Part shown: piece after piece, positions 29,343-40,388 of the stretch
Position numbering within the stretch: position 1 is the first letter of the stretch
How the letters are laid out: every line of letters begins with the position of its first letter
The notes under the pieces: model-generated
What the model saw: the letters and a program-made list of their open reading frames with translations, nothing else
Told to the model about the DNA's origin: nothing
Database searches by the model: none
Program-made: the position numbers and the translations under genes
Source of the DNA: Obrimoposthia wandeli
Lineage: Eukaryota
NCBI GenBank assembly: GCA_977020255.1
Contig: CDROCS010000410.1
Location: 558,001 to 622,000 of the forward strand
Length of the DNA stretch: 64,000 nucleotides
Reading direction: 5' to 3'

Positions 29343-29837
29343 TTAGTTCATTTTTGATACTGCGTGCTGCTCTACCATGAACGTAATCACCTCATCACTT
29401 AAGCAAGATTTACTGACGTATTGGCGCTGTTTTCCCATATGAAGGATAAACCCTAAATCGGTTTGTTGAAGTTGGTCGATTTCAGTCCATGCGATATTGC
29501 GGGTGTTTTTACCGTTTTTATAACTCACACCGTTAGCGTCACCCTGAAATACCACTTTGCTGCCTGAGTTCAAGCTGAACTTTTGTCGGCATAACCACCA
29601 GCTTCTCTTAAAATAAATACTGAACGCCTCAATGATACTCAAAGTAATAAAGAACCAACCAACGTAACTGCTAGGTAATAGCTCAAACTTCACTAAAACC
29701 ACACCAAAAATAAGAAAAATCATTCCTTTTAAATAGGCTTTTGGAAATTTAGCAGGACTGTTAGTTTGACCATAACACTCAGCAAAAAAGGGCTTGTCGA
29801 GGGTGTATTCTGTGATGAAATCAAAATCTTTAGACAT
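29343..29837 (-). CDS. YcxB-family membrane protein
   Basis: Two TM helices followed by IAWTEI..L..TDLGFIL. Confidence 0.75.
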   Translation of the reverse strand: MSKDFDFITEYTLDKPFFAECYGQTNSPAKFPKAYLKGMIFLIFGVVLVKFELLPSSYVGWFFITLSIIEAFSIYFKRSWWLCRQKFSLNSGSKVVFQGDANGVSYKNGKNTRNIAWTEIDQLQQTDLGFILHMGKQRQYVSKSCLSDEVITFMVEQHAVSKMN

Positions 29838-29958
29838 ATGTGACTACTTTGAAGTTTTCTGTGAATGAGTATCTATGCTGCGATCTTGCAACTAGACTAT
29901 TGTATAGCTTTTGGTGCTTTTCTTTAGCTGTTTTGATCCTCTTTTGTAAATCTAAGAC

Positions 29959-30159
29959 TTAGCTAACTTTATTGCCCATCTTAGAATATCCAAATACTAA
30001 ATGAAGCGCTTCGGCCTGACTTTTACCTTCAGACATTAATCGTGTGATGTCTTCAACGATATTTTCTTGAACAGCTAGCGGAGGTGGTGTTTCTATCTCC
30101 ATATTCATAATATCGTCGATGCTAATTTCCATTTTATTCCTTGTCATTGATTTGTTCAT
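29959..30159 (-). CDS. Small hypothetical protein
   Basis: 66-aa ORF with a plausible helical composition. Confidence 0.45.
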   Translation of the reverse strand: MNKSMTRNKMEISIDDIMNMEIETPPPLAVQENIVEDITRLMSEGKSQAEALHLVFGYSKMGNKVS

Positions 30160-30217
30160 GTTATTAAATAGCCGACTCAGTTTAGCATGTTAGCTATATT
30201 AAAATTCAGTCCATCCC

Positions 30218-31123
30218 CTACCCACGATTAAAATACTGCGTATTCGCAAACCAAACGCCAATACTCACAGCAGCCATTGCAATAATCAAACTCAGCTTAG
30301 CAGGTTCATCGAACACAAACAGCGCACTGATACCAGCTATCACGGGGACCATTGCCATCATAGTTCCCATGTTCGCTGCGCCAATAATCTGCACTGCGCG
30401 TACATACAACAGCATTTGTACTATCGTCGCCATGAAACCCTGATAAAAGCTTTGCAGTAACATATCGCGCCATAACTCATTGTCGAATAGTCCTGTGTTA
30501 ATCAATTCCAAGCTAATGTTACTCGGTAGAAACAGTAAGTAAATCGGCATGTAAATGCTGCAAGTTATCATCGCCAGACTTGCAGTTGCTTGCCAAGGCG
30601 TGACTTGCCAACGGCTTAACAGCACCGAAAATATGCCCCAGCAGAATGCCGCGCCAGTTAAACTTAAATGACCAATCGATAACGTCCCTTGAGCAAGAAA
30701 TTCTTGTAGAAACAACACAACAATACCCAGCGTGATAATGCCAACACCTAACCATTTACTCCAAGAGTGACGCTGTTTATTGATCACCACAGACAACGTA
30801 ATAATCATCACAGGGATCAAGCCAGGTAACAACACCGCAGACTGCGAACCCGGCGTGGTTTCAAAACCTTGGAAAGCAAATAGCGCATAACCCAGGCCAC
30901 CAAATAAACTGCAGATAATAAACTTGGGTTGCCATAGTTTGAATCGGAATCTAAACAGCCAGAAAGGCAACACCAACGCCGCACACGTTGCATAGCGAAT
31001 GGCGATAACATCATAAGACAGCAACTCGCTGATCCCGCCCATACGCGACACTAAAATAAACCCTGACCAGATCAGCACTGCGCCAAATGCAGCCAAATAT
31101 CCCTGTCGTGTTGAATTATCCAT
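30218..31123 (-). CDS. DMT/EamA-family transporter
   Basis: About 10 TM helices; IWSGFIL.SR and VPVIAGI.A..VFDE. Confidence 0.9.
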   Translation of the reverse strand: MDNSTRQGYLAAFGAVLIWSGFILVSRMGGISELLSYDVIAIRYATCAALVLPFWLFRFRFKLWQPKFIICSLFGGLGYALFAFQGFETTPGSQSAVLLPGLIPVMIITLSVVINKQRHSWSKWLGVGIITLGIVVLFLQEFLAQGTLSIGHLSLTGAAFCWGIFSVLLSRWQVTPWQATASLAMITCSIYMPIYLLFLPSNISLELINTGLFDNELWRDMLLQSFYQGFMATIVQMLLYVRAVQIIGAANMGTMMAMVPVIAGISALFVFDEPAKLSLIIAMAAVSIGVWFANTQYFNRG

Positions 31124-31296
31124 AATCTGTCCTTAATTAAGCTTATGTGTCACAGTATAAGAGCAAGGTGCTCATATTAATATTAAATTTCAGTTATTTA
31201 AAAGCATCCGACCAGACACCTAAACAATGATAAATTATTTTATTGCTTTATACTGCGATAAAATTCTGTATTTTCGTATTTCAACAAGGACAATCA

Positions 31297-32079
31297 ATGA
31301 GCCTGCTGCTTATCTCTTTACTTATCATCATCTTATTATTACTGCGTTTCTTTAACTGTCACCGCGCCAAATCAGTCGTACTATGTATCACGGTGTTACT
31401 GACCCTACTTATCAGCACAGGTGTTATTCCTAAGTATTTACTGGATAAACTGCAACAAGATTATGCGCAAAAACCAACAATACAGTGGCAGGATAATAAC
31501 GCCATTATTGTACTCGGCGCAGGTTTAGAAAAAGTCGGGGATAGTATTGATAATGTTATCGAGCCGCCTTTCCATGCTTTTGGGCGTATCTACGAGGCTG
31601 CAAAGCTTTACAACGAATGCACTATTACAGAGCAAAGCAGTGCAGAGCAAAAATGTAAGATCATTGTCAGTGGTGGTGATACCCATAAACTGGGCACGAC
31701 AGAGGCCGCTGTATATAAACAACGTTTAGTACAAATTGGCATTAACAGCGATGATATTATTACCGAAGCAAACAGCCTTAACACATGGCAAAATGCTCAA
31801 TTTACCAGTGAGATACTCAACAAGGGCAATTTCGACAATAGCGTGTTAGTGTCATCAGGATTACACATCAAACGTAGCCAACTGTATTTTGAACACTTCG
31901 GCGTACGCGCAACACCTGTCAGAGCCGATTATATGTCAGCACAAGTATCATGGCTGCCATTGGGTTATAACTTTGCCCTGACTGATTTTGCATTACACGA
32001 ATGGATTGGTTTTTGGCGATATGATATCTATAACATGCTTGGCGCGAATCAAAAGCGTGTAGACGCTGGCGACGCTTAG
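31297..32079 (+). CDS. YdcF/DUF218-family protein
   Basis: IIVLGAG, IIVSGG, SLNTWQNA, VSSGLHIKRS, HEWIG. ATG at 31297 has an AAGGA SD. Confidence 0.88.
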   Translation: MSLLLISLLIIILLLLRFFNCHRAKSVVLCITVLLTLLISTGVIPKYLLDKLQQDYAQKPTIQWQDNNAIIVLGAGLEKVGDSIDNVIEPPFHAFGRIYEAAKLYNECTITEQSSAEQKCKIIVSGGDTHKLGTTEAAVYKQRLVQIGINSDDIITEANSLNTWQNAQFTSEILNKGNFDNSVLVSSGLHIKRSQLYFEHFGVRATPVRADYMSAQVSWLPLGYNFALTDFALHEWIGFWRYDIYNMLGANQKRVDAGDA

Positions 32080-32100
32080 TATTGGGATTAGATGGAATAA

Positions 32101-32136
32101 AGGTAACGAGCGGCAGTTAAGTTGTGCTCGTTACCT
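32101..32136. terminator. Hairpin between convergent genes
   Basis: AGGTAACGAGC/GCTCGTTACCT. Confidence 0.6.
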
Positions 32137-32146
32137 CATCATTAAT

Positions 32147-33757
32147 TTATACTTTATCAGCCGCTTGCGAACTTGGTATCTTTAACTCAGTCCAAACATG
32201 GTGAGCGAAACCAGCACCGGCCTCTTCATACATGTTATAAACCGGATTAACACCCAGCGCTCGCAGCTCATCTTCATCAGTCTTAAAGTGAGCCAGTGCT
32301 GCTACTTGGAAACTACAGCGTTCCATTTTGTGTAACTGCTCTGCCGCATAATGATTACCGTGGTGATCTGGCATCGCCAATAACACCAGCTTGATGTTGT
32401 CAGTCATTTCCAGCTTATTCCAAAAGTCCGTATCCAGTGCGTCCCCCGTGATAACACGACGGCCTAACTCAAGATGATTCAAAGTCTTTTGGTTATTGTA
32501 ATCAAGCCCGAGTACCTTTTCGCCAAACTGACTGCGTAATTCATCATAAGCACCGGTGCCAATACGACCCATACCCATGACTAATATTTCTGCGTCACCT
32601 AATGATACTGGGCGGTCTTCCATGTGTAGGTTTTGCACCTGAAAACGCGCTAACTTACCGGTAAATCGGTTATAAATGTCATCCGCGTATTTGTTCAATA
32701 ACGAGGCAATAACAAAGCTCAACGATACCGCCAACGCAGTGATAATCAACCAATCCTGTGACAACCAGCCTTTATACGTCGCTAGTGCCGCTACAATCAA
32801 ACCAAACTCGCTGTAGTTAGCAAGTGAGAACGCCGCAAACAATGAGGTACGCGCGCGTAATCTGAATTTAGCCAAGGTAAAAAAGTACAACGCAATTTTA
32901 CCAAACAATACTACCGCTAGAATCACTGCAACAAACAAGTGGTCAACGGTCGGCAAGCCACCTAAGCCAATGCTCAAGAAGAAACAAACCAAGAGCATTT
33001 CTTTCATATTAAACAGCGCTTTTGCCATCTGTTTTGCACTTGCATGACCCGCTAATAACATACCCGCAATCAAGGCACCTAAATCGGCTTTCATACCAAC
33101 AGATTCAAACAGTCCAGCTCCCAGTACTAACGCAAGGAAAATACCGTACAAGACGAGTAGTTCACCATGGCCAACGCGGTCTAATAATTTGAACAGTAAA
33201 GGTCTAATTAATGGTAGCGCTAACAGAATTACCGCAAATAATGATGGGATCTTACCAACCGATACTGTTAAGAATACCACTGCAAAGATGTCCTGCATGA
33301 TCAGGATACCAATCGCGATACGACCGTAAAGTGAATTGGTTTCACTCTTTTCTTCAAGAATTTTAACAGCAAACACCGTACTTGAAAAACTCAATGCAAA
33401 CGCAACAAGTACCAACGCGAAGCTATCGAGGTTAGTAAAGAAGGTCAAACCGATTTGCTTTAAAACAAATAGCACGACGGCGTAGAAAGCGATACTGGCA
33501 AAGATATGTACACTTGCCCCGCCCCACACTTCTGCTTTAAACAAGGTGCGGATATCTAACTTCAAACCAATAGAGAATAACAGTAAAGTCACGCCAAGAT
33601 CAGCAAATGTTTGCAGGCCTTCCGTTGCTTCAAAACCATAAAAATTAAGCGCAAAGCCCGCTAATAGGAAACCAACCATAGGTGGTAACCCCGTAAGATT
33701 AACTAACATGCCAAAACTGAATGCGGTGGCAATAAAGAGTATAAGAGTTGTATCCAT
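32147..33757 (-). CDS. Kef-type (CPA2) K+/H+ antiporter with a C-terminal TrkA-N/RCK domain
   Basis: LPPMVGFL.AG, LLFSIGLKL, ILIMQDI, GMGRIG. Confidence 0.9.
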   Translation of the reverse strand: MDTTLILFIATAFSFGMLVNLTGLPPMVGFLLAGFALNFYGFEATEGLQTFADLGVTLLLFSIGLKLDIRTLFKAEVWGGASVHIFASIAFYAVVLFVLKQIGLTFFTNLDSFALVLVAFALSFSSTVFAVKILEEKSETNSLYGRIAIGILIMQDIFAVVFLTVSVGKIPSLFAVILLALPLIRPLLFKLLDRVGHGELLVLYGIFLALVLGAGLFESVGMKADLGALIAGMLLAGHASAKQMAKALFNMKEMLLVCFFLSIGLGGLPTVDHLFVAVILAVVLFGKIALYFFTLAKFRLRARTSLFAAFSLANYSEFGLIVAALATYKGWLSQDWLIITALAVSLSFVIASLLNKYADDIYNRFTGKLARFQVQNLHMEDRPVSLGDAEILVMGMGRIGTGAYDELRSQFGEKVLGLDYNNQKTLNHLELGRRVITGDALDTDFWNKLEMTDNIKLVLLAMPDHHGNHYAAEQLHKMERCSFQVAALAHFKTDEDELRALGVNPVYNMYEEAGAGFAHHVWTELKIPSSQAADKV

Positions 33758-34005
33758 TAACGAGGCCTATTTAAGGTAAACGAAGTACTGATACCCTCGG
33801 TAAGATACCGTGAGTCTGATTCGTATTAGCGTTTATGCTTTGAGATAAGACATAAACTTAGGTTACTAATTTTAAGATAATTAGTGGCATAGAACAATCT
33901 CTTTATACTACTTAAGCGTTAAATTTATATTACATATAACCAATGTTTATATCTGCGGGCCTATTTCACCTAGATATTTAACCTTACAAGGCTGATGTCG
34001 CAAAG

Positions 34006-34088
34006 TGAATATAACAAATATTGCATATAACATTTGACGCATATAACATTTGGCGCATATACTACATATAACAAAACGCGCATATAAG
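34006..34088 (+). repeat. 16-bp-period direct repeat array upstream of arsR containing a sigma70-like promoter
   Basis: Core YGCATATAAC-like units at 34006, 34022, 34038, 34054, 34063 and 34079; TTGACG (34034) N18 TATACT (34058). Confidence 0.8.
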
Positions 34089-34097
34089 TGAATTGAT

Positions 34098-34445
34098 ATG
34101 GAACCAACGCAACTTTTTAAAATTCTCTCAGATGAAACTCGACTCAGAATATTAATGTTAATTGATATTGAAAAAGAGCTTTGTGTATGTGAATTAATAT
34201 CTGCAGTAACCGCAAGTCAGCCGAGTATTTCGCGTAATTTAGCGCAACTGCGTAAGTCTGGTTTGTTAATTGATAGAAAATATAAACAGTGGGTGTTCTA
34301 CGCCATTAACCCTGCACTACCAGCATGGCAGAAAACCATTTTAGATTTAAGCTCACAGCAAAATAACAGCTTAGTGAGTGCTGACATACAACGACTAAAC
34401 GACATGGGTAAACGCCCTGAACGTACACAACAACTCTGCGGGTAG
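34098..34445 (+). CDS. arsR: ArsR arsenic-responsive repressor
   Basis: LSDETRLRIL, ELCVCEL, SQPSISRNLAQLR. Confidence 0.93.
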   Translation: MEPTQLFKILSDETRLRILMLIDIEKELCVCELISAVTASQPSISRNLAQLRKSGLLIDRKYKQWVFYAINPALPAWQKTILDLSSQQNNSLVSADIQRLNDMGKRPERTQQLCG

Positions 34446-34454
34446 GAAAAAAAC

Positions 34455-35489
34455 ATGGGTATATTTGAACGGTATTTATCAGTATGGGTAGCGCTTGCTA
34501 TCGCCGCTGGGGTTATTCTTGGTGTGTGGCAGCCTGACGTTTTTCAGTTAATCGCAGGATTAGAAATAGCGCACGTTAACTTAGTTGTCGCCGTCTTTAT
34601 CTGGATCATGATTTATCCAATGATGGTGCAAATCGACTTTTCAGCCATTAAAGACGTCGGTAAAAATCCAAAAGGCTTGTTCCTCACTGTCTTTATCAAC
34701 TGGATCATAAAACCTTTTACCATGGCTGCTTTTGCCTGGTTATTTTTCAAAGTATTCTTCGCTGATATGGTAGATCCTAGCTCTGCGCAAGAATATATCG
34801 CTGGTATGATCTTATTAGGTGTAGCGCCTTGTACAGCAATGGTATTTGTATGGTCACAACTGACCAAAGGCGATGCCAACTATACTTTAGTACAAGTATC
34901 GGTGAACGATATTATTATGGTGTTTGCATTTGCTCCTATCGCCGCATTTCTACTGGAAGTTAGTGATATCAACGTACCTTGGGAAACCTTGCTATTCTCT
35001 GTTGTACTCTATGTGGTACTGCCATTAATTGCAGGCGTTCTGACCCGTAAAAAGTTAAACAAAGGCAATGATGAAGCGGCCATCTCACACGTACTTGCTA
35101 AGCTCAAACCTTGGTCTATTTTAGGCTTGCTAGCGACTGTGGTTTTACTGTTTGGTTTTCAGGCCAACACGCTAATCAATGACCCGACGACTATTGTACT
35201 AATCGCGATTCCGCTAGCGCTGCAGACCTATATGATCTTTGCTATTACGTTTTTTGCGGCTAAAAAGCTAAAATTACCGCATAACATCGCTGGTCCTGCC
35301 TGCTTGATTGGTACGTCAAATTTCTTTGAACTCGCGGTAGCGGTAGCTATTTCGTTATTCGGTTTGCATTCCGGCGCAGCACTGGCCACTGTGGTAGGTG
35401 TACTTGTCGAGGTACCCATTATGTTATCCTTAGTTGCCATTATTAACCGCAGCCAAAATTCGTTTAACTATTCAAAAGATGAACAATAA
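34455..35489 (+). CDS. acr3: Acr3 arsenite efflux transporter
   Basis: [40 protein letters not shown]. Confidence 0.96.
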   Translation: MGIFERYLSVWVALAIAAGVILGVWQPDVFQLIAGLEIAHVNLVVAVFIWIMIYPMMVQIDFSAIKDVGKNPKGLFLTVFINWIIKPFTMAAFAWLFFKVFFADMVDPSSAQEYIAGMILLGVAPCTAMVFVWSQLTKGDANYTLVQVSVNDIIMVFAFAPIAAFLLEVSDINVPWETLLFSVVLYVVLPLIAGVLTRKKLNKGNDEAAISHVLAKLKPWSILGLLATVVLLFGFQANTLINDPTTIVLIAIPLALQTYMIFAITFFAAKKLKLPHNIAGPACLIGTSNFFELAVAVAISLFGLHSGAALATVVGVLVEVPIMLSLVAIINRSQNSFNYSKDEQ

Positions 35490-35534
35490 ATAAAGCATCT
35501 ATATAATTAAAGCATATACATTATGGAGAATAAA

Positions 35535-36542
35535 ATGACTATTAAAATAGGTATTAACGGCTTTGGTCGTATGGGTCGCCTAGCAATGCGTGCTGCGTTT
35601 AACTGGGATGACGTTGAGATTGTCCAAATCAATGATCCTGCAGGGAATGCAGAAACATTGGCGCACTTACTTAACTTTGACTCGATTCATGGTCGTTGGG
35701 AACATCAGGCTGATTTTCTTGGTGATCGCATGATCATTGCCGATCACTTTATCCCTTGCACACGTAATACAGCCGTTGCCGACACTGATTGGTCTGGTTG
35801 TGATGTGGTACTTGAGGCGTCTGGTAAAATAAAAACCAGTGCGCTATTACAAGCTTATTTAGACCAAGGCGTTAAACGTGTTGTCGTCACCGCACCAGTA
35901 AAAGAAGATGGTGTATTAAACGTGGTCATGGGCGTTAACGACAACCTATATAACAAAGACCTGCACCCAATTGTAACTGCAGCGTCATGTACAACCAACT
36001 GTCTTGCCCCTGTGGTCAAAGTATTAAAAGAAAAAATCGGTATTAAACACGGTTCAATGACGACGATTCACAACATCACTAATACCCAAACCATTCTTGA
36101 TGCACCTCATGCTGATTTACGCCGCGCGCGTGCTTGTGGTACATCGTTGATCCCAACGACAACAGGTTCTGCAACTGCCATTACCAATATCTTCCCTGAA
36201 TTAACAGGCAAGCTAAACGGTCATGCTATCCGCGTACCGCTAGCAAACGCTTCATTGACTGACTGTGTTTTCGAAGTCGAACGTGAAACGACATCCGAGG
36301 AAGTGAATGGTTACTTCGAACAAGCAGCCAAAGCAGAGTTAAAAGACATATTAGGCTATGAAGAACGTCCATTAGTCTCTGTTGATTACAAGACCGACCC
36401 TCGTTCGTGCATTATTGATGCCTTATCAACTATGGTCGTTAATGGTACGCAAGTTAAGATCTATGCGTGGTATGACAACGAGTGGGGTTATGCTAATCGC
36501 GCCGCTGAATTAGCGCGTATGGTTGGTCGTTCAGACAAATGA
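35535..36542 (+). CDS. ArsJ-associated glyceraldehyde-3-phosphate dehydrogenase
   Basis: [30 protein letters not shown]; lies between acr3 and arsJ. ATG at 35535 follows a GGAG SD. Confidence 0.93.
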   Translation: MTIKIGINGFGRMGRLAMRAAFNWDDVEIVQINDPAGNAETLAHLLNFDSIHGRWEHQADFLGDRMIIADHFIPCTRNTAVADTDWSGCDVVLEASGKIKTSALLQAYLDQGVKRVVVTAPVKEDGVLNVVMGVNDNLYNKDLHPIVTAASCTTNCLAPVVKVLKEKIGIKHGSMTTIHNITNTQTILDAPHADLRRARACGTSLIPTTTGSATAITNIFPELTGKLNGHAIRVPLANASLTDCVFEVERETTSEEVNGYFEQAAKAELKDILGYEERPLVSVDYKTDPRSCIIDALSTMVVNGTQVKIYAWYDNEWGYANRAAELARMVGRSDK

Positions 36543-37765
36543 TAAAAGCGTTAGCGGGTATTTCCCCTCAAATAAAACAATATCTTATCATTACCGGTAA
36601 TTATTGGGCGTTCACCTTAACTGACGGCGCATTGCGCATGTTGGTCGTGCTGTATTTCCACCAGCTAGGTTACAGCCCGATTAATATCGCCATGTTATTT
36701 GTGTTTTATGAAGTGTTCGGCGTCATCACTAATTTAATTGGTGGCTGGTTAGGGGCGCGTTTAGGCCTCAACAAAACCATGAACATTGGCTTGGCGATGC
36801 AAATAGTCGCCTTGATGATGTTAGCCGTACCCGCTGACATGCTGACTGTCGTTTATGTAATGATCGCCCAAGCTTTATCAGGTATTGCCAAAGACTTGAA
36901 TAAGATGAGCGCCAAAAGTGCCATTAAGTTATTAGTGCCAAAAAGCAATAACGACGCCGCGACTAGTGAAAATAGCAGTGATAACAAGCTTTATCACTGG
37001 GTTGCGGTCTTAACCGGTTCTAAAAACGCACTTAAAGGCGTCGGCTTTTTCTTAGGTGGCGTACTGCTAACGGCGTTTGGTTTTAAACAAGCCATTCTGC
37101 TTATGGCAGCGATGTTATTGCTCGTTTGGATCTGGAGCTTAATCAGTTTAAAAGCTGAATTAGGCAAAGCCAAAAACAAGCCAAAATTTACCGAGATATT
37201 TTCTAAAAGCCGCTCGATAAACCTATTATCAGCAGCGCGATTATTTCTATTCGGCGCCCGTGATGTTTGGTTTGTCGTCGCCCTACCCGTTTTCTTAGCA
37301 ACGACCTTTAACTGGGACCATTGGTGGGTCGGTGGCTTTATGGCAAGTTGGGTTATTGGTTATGGCATGGTGCAGTCAATCGCGCCACGCTTTACTGGCA
37401 ACACGCCTGCGCCCCAAGCTGCAGCACGCTGGGCAGGTTACTTAGCGGTAATACCAGTATTGATCGCCATTGCCCTGCACTATCAATTCTACGTGCAGTT
37501 TTCCATTGTCGTTGGCTTATTGGTTTTCGGTGGGTTGTTCGCGATCAATTCATCATTACACAGCTACTTAATTGTTAATCTAGCTGACAGTGATGGCGTG
37601 TCGATGGACGTTGGCTTTTACTATATGGCGAACGCGATGGGTCGATTGATTGGTACGCTATTGTCAGGCTGGGTATTTCAAGTTTACGGCTTGGAAATGT
37701 GTTTATGGATATCGGCGCTGTTTATCGCAACTTCAGCAGGCATTGCATTAAAGTTAAAAAATTAG
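36539..37765 (+). CDS. arsJ: Organoarsenical (1-arseno-3-phosphoglycerate) efflux MFS transporter
   Basis: [41 protein letters not shown]; 4-nt overlap with gapdh. Confidence 0.93.
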   Translation: MIKALAGISPQIKQYLIITGNYWAFTLTDGALRMLVVLYFHQLGYSPINIAMLFVFYEVFGVITNLIGGWLGARLGLNKTMNIGLAMQIVALMMLAVPADMLTVVYVMIAQALSGIAKDLNKMSAKSAIKLLVPKSNNDAATSENSSDNKLYHWVAVLTGSKNALKGVGFFLGGVLLTAFGFKQAILLMAAMLLLVWIWSLISLKAELGKAKNKPKFTEIFSKSRSINLLSAARLFLFGARDVWFVVALPVFLATTFNWDHWWVGGFMASWVIGYGMVQSIAPRFTGNTPAPQAAARWAGYLAVIPVLIAIALHYQFYVQFSIVVGLLVFGGLFAINSSLHSYLIVNLADSDGVSMDVGFYYMANAMGRLIGTLLSGWVFQVYGLEMCLWISALFIATSAGIALKLKN

Positions 37766-37838
37766 CTACAAACCTAATTGTTTATTCTAAAATATAACTC
37801 TATCTTCATTGCTATACCCTACAACTTGAGTTAGCGAC

Positions 37839-39128
37839 ATGATTATCGATTTTGGATTAAAAAATTTAGTACGCGCAAGCAGGTATTTACGCCTTGGTAA
37901 TACCATACACCTACCAGAATCACTCGCCACTGTGACAACGATTAATCGACACGAAGAAGTCGAACCCTTGTCTGTAGGCATGACCCGAGATGGTGTTGAT
38001 GCCATCTGGCAGTCCGTCGAAGAGATCTATAAAACCGCGACTCATCCCGCTATCTCATTGTGTTTTCGTCGCCAGGGTAAGATTATCTTAAGTCGTTCTA
38101 TTGGTTATGCGAACGGTCACAAACCCAATGAAAAAGCAGATGTAGATGCTCGATTAATGCAACCTGAAACGCCTCTTTGTTATTTCTCGGGCTCAAAGGC
38201 GGTGACGGCATTCTTAATCCATTTACTCAATGAAGATAAGCTCATCAACTTAAACGATGCGGTGAGCACTCACTTGCCTGAATTTGGTCGACACGGTAAA
38301 CAAGACATCACTATCCATCAAGTCTTGTCACATCGTAGCGGTATGGCTGCGATGCCAAGTTCACTGGGTATTAATACCCTTGCCGACCATGACGAAATTT
38401 GGCGACAGCTTTGCGCCAAACAATTACCGAAAACAGAAGTGGGTAAACTCAATTATCACGCGGTCAGTGGCGGCTATATTTTAGAACGAATCATTACACA
38501 AGTCAGTGGTATGAGCATACAAGCATTTCTTGATTTAAGAGTGCGAAAACCAATGCAAATGAAATACTTTCGTTATGGATTAGATGAAACACAAACCTGC
38601 GATTTAGCGGATAATTATGCGACTGGTATCAAAGCCATGTACCCGATTTCATACTTCGTTAAACGAATATTGGGTGGTTCATTTGAGCATGTCGCCGAAG
38701 TCAGTAATACCGCCATTTTTCAACACGCGGTCATTCCATCTGCAAACCTGATGGGAACGGCAGAAGAAATGGGCCGCTTCTATCAAATGTTATTAAATGA
38801 TGGCGTCTGGGAAGGCAAACAAATATGCCAGCCGATAACAGTACAAGGTTTGATCGAAGAAACGGGAACATTAGAATTTGATCGTACGTTGATGGCACCA
38901 ATGCGTTATAGCGCGGGCATGATGCTCGGCGCAAGTCCTGTCGGTTTATGGGGCATAAATAGCGCCCAAGCATTTGGTCATATAGGGTTGATTAATAAAC
39001 TATTATGGGCAGACCCTGATCGTGAAATATCGGTGTCTTTAGTCAATACAGGCCTGCCGCTTGTGGCGAATCACGTACCGTCATTACTCAACTTTATGGC
39101 AAATATCAATAAGCATTGCTCGCGTTAA
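37839..39128 (+). CDS. Serine hydrolase, class C beta-lactamase/esterase family
   Basis: SxxK (FSGSK), LSHRSG, YHA, FGHIG. Confidence 0.88.
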   Translation: MIIDFGLKNLVRASRYLRLGNTIHLPESLATVTTINRHEEVEPLSVGMTRDGVDAIWQSVEEIYKTATHPAISLCFRRQGKIILSRSIGYANGHKPNEKADVDARLMQPETPLCYFSGSKAVTAFLIHLLNEDKLINLNDAVSTHLPEFGRHGKQDITIHQVLSHRSGMAAMPSSLGINTLADHDEIWRQLCAKQLPKTEVGKLNYHAVSGGYILERIITQVSGMSIQAFLDLRVRKPMQMKYFRYGLDETQTCDLADNYATGIKAMYPISYFVKRILGGSFEHVAEVSNTAIFQHAVIPSANLMGTAEEMGRFYQMLLNDGVWEGKQICQPITVQGLIEETGTLEFDRTLMAPMRYSAGMMLGASPVGLWGINSAQAFGHIGLINKLLWADPDREISVSLVNTGLPLVANHVPSLLNFMANINKHCSR

Positions 39129-39133
39129 CACGA

Positions 39134-40105
39134 TCATTCGACAAGCTGGGCAATACGTTCACTGGCCCAGCTTTCAAACTGCCAATTTTTAATAAACGCA
39201 CAGTGCCCGCCTTTTGCTTGCAAGTCTATACTTAGCCATTGCGATTGGTGTAACTGCGCGAGGTGACCAGGTGGGATCATAGGATCGTCTTCAGACGTAA
39301 TGATCGTGGTCGGTATTGCTAATTGGCTCAAGCCAGCATCAACAACCGAGTAAGCCTCGAAGTATTCATCACGGCTGGTAAAATTGGTATAACGGTCAAC
39401 AAAAAACAAGTTCATTTCATCAAGTGTCTTTAGTTCTTTCAATGCCTTGCCATAACCTAACTGTGGATAATAGCGTAACTTTTTGACTAACGAACGCTTC
39501 CACTTTGCCACAAAATACTGTTCATACAATGGGAAACCGGCACTTAATTCGGCCATTGTGGTCGGTGGATGTAACACAGGACAGATCGCAATCGCTTGGT
39601 GTAACGCAATACCCGCAGACTTGGCTGCATTTGCTACGCGTAAACAGAAATTACCACCGAGAGAATAACCGCATAACACGTTATGTTTACCACCAAATTG
39701 ATGGCAAAGGTATTTAACCGCTTCAGCGACTTCTTCTAAGCGTGACGAGTTAAATAATTCCGCATTTAGATGGTGGGTATCACCGTGATCGCGAAAGTTA
39801 AGACGGAACACATCGTAACCCGCATCAAGCAGCTTTTGGCCACTGGATAATACATACAGAGAATCAGCACAGCCTTCCCACCCATGCAGGATAACAGCAA
39901 GCCCTTTCGATGGCGTTGTAGTGTTATTTTTGCTGAGAAAACCTTCTAATCTAACCCCTTGTGGCGTAGTGATAATATGCTGTTTTGCCAAGCAGAGTAA
40001 TTGGTTAGCACGTCGTTTCTCGAAATATTTTCTAGGGCCAGAGCTAGACAACATAGATTGAAGATGATTATTGCTCAGCCCTAACGCCGGTTTAAATTTA
40101 GTCAT
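39134..40105 (-). CDS. YheT-like alpha/beta hydrolase
   Basis: HGWEG, RDHG, GYSLGGN nucleophile elbow, EDDP, GGHC. Confidence 0.88.
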   Translation of the reverse strand: MTKFKPALGLSNNHLQSMLSSSGPRKYFEKRRANQLLCLAKQHIITTPQGVRLEGFLSKNNTTTPSKGLAVILHGWEGCADSLYVLSSGQKLLDAGYDVFRLNFRDHGDTHHLNAELFNSSRLEEVAEAVKYLCHQFGGKHNVLCGYSLGGNFCLRVANAAKSAGIALHQAIAICPVLHPPTTMAELSAGFPLYEQYFVAKWKRSLVKKLRYYPQLGYGKALKELKTLDEMNLFFVDRYTNFTSRDEYFEAYSVVDAGLSQLAIPTTIITSEDDPMIPPGHLAQLHQSQWLSIDLQAKGGHCAFIKNWQFESWASERIAQLVE

Positions 40106-40388
40106 GCTTTTCGCTGTTACGCTCTTAACCCAAAATGAAGCCTTAACTGTACAGCATTATTTACCTTAGGTAATTCAGTTCTGTCATATCCATGCCCGAG
40201 CGAGTCACACTTCTAACATCTTGCTGTAATTTAGCCATCGACGACTAAGATGAGTATATGAATATGATTACAATGCGTTATAATTCATTTTATAGACATT
40301 GCAGGCTACGATGCTGCTTCAATAGTTAGCCCAACAGTTAGATCAACTATTCGCTTAGCTATTATCCCAACTTGGAAAAGGAAATTTC

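Noticed and set aside
35535-36542. Housekeeping gapA
   Set aside because: Its position between acr3 and arsJ identifies it as the arsenate-detoxifying GAPDH.
37839-39128. Antibiotic-resistance beta-lactamase
   Set aside because: No signal peptide, and YHA instead of YxN; it fits a cytoplasmic family VIII-type esterase better.
40106-40388. Riboswitch in the ynjB leader (also checked upstream of the RibD-like gene and tcyP)
   Set aside because: No TPP, FMN, SAM, lysine or glycine consensus elements recognised by eye; an Infernal/Rfam scan would be decisive.
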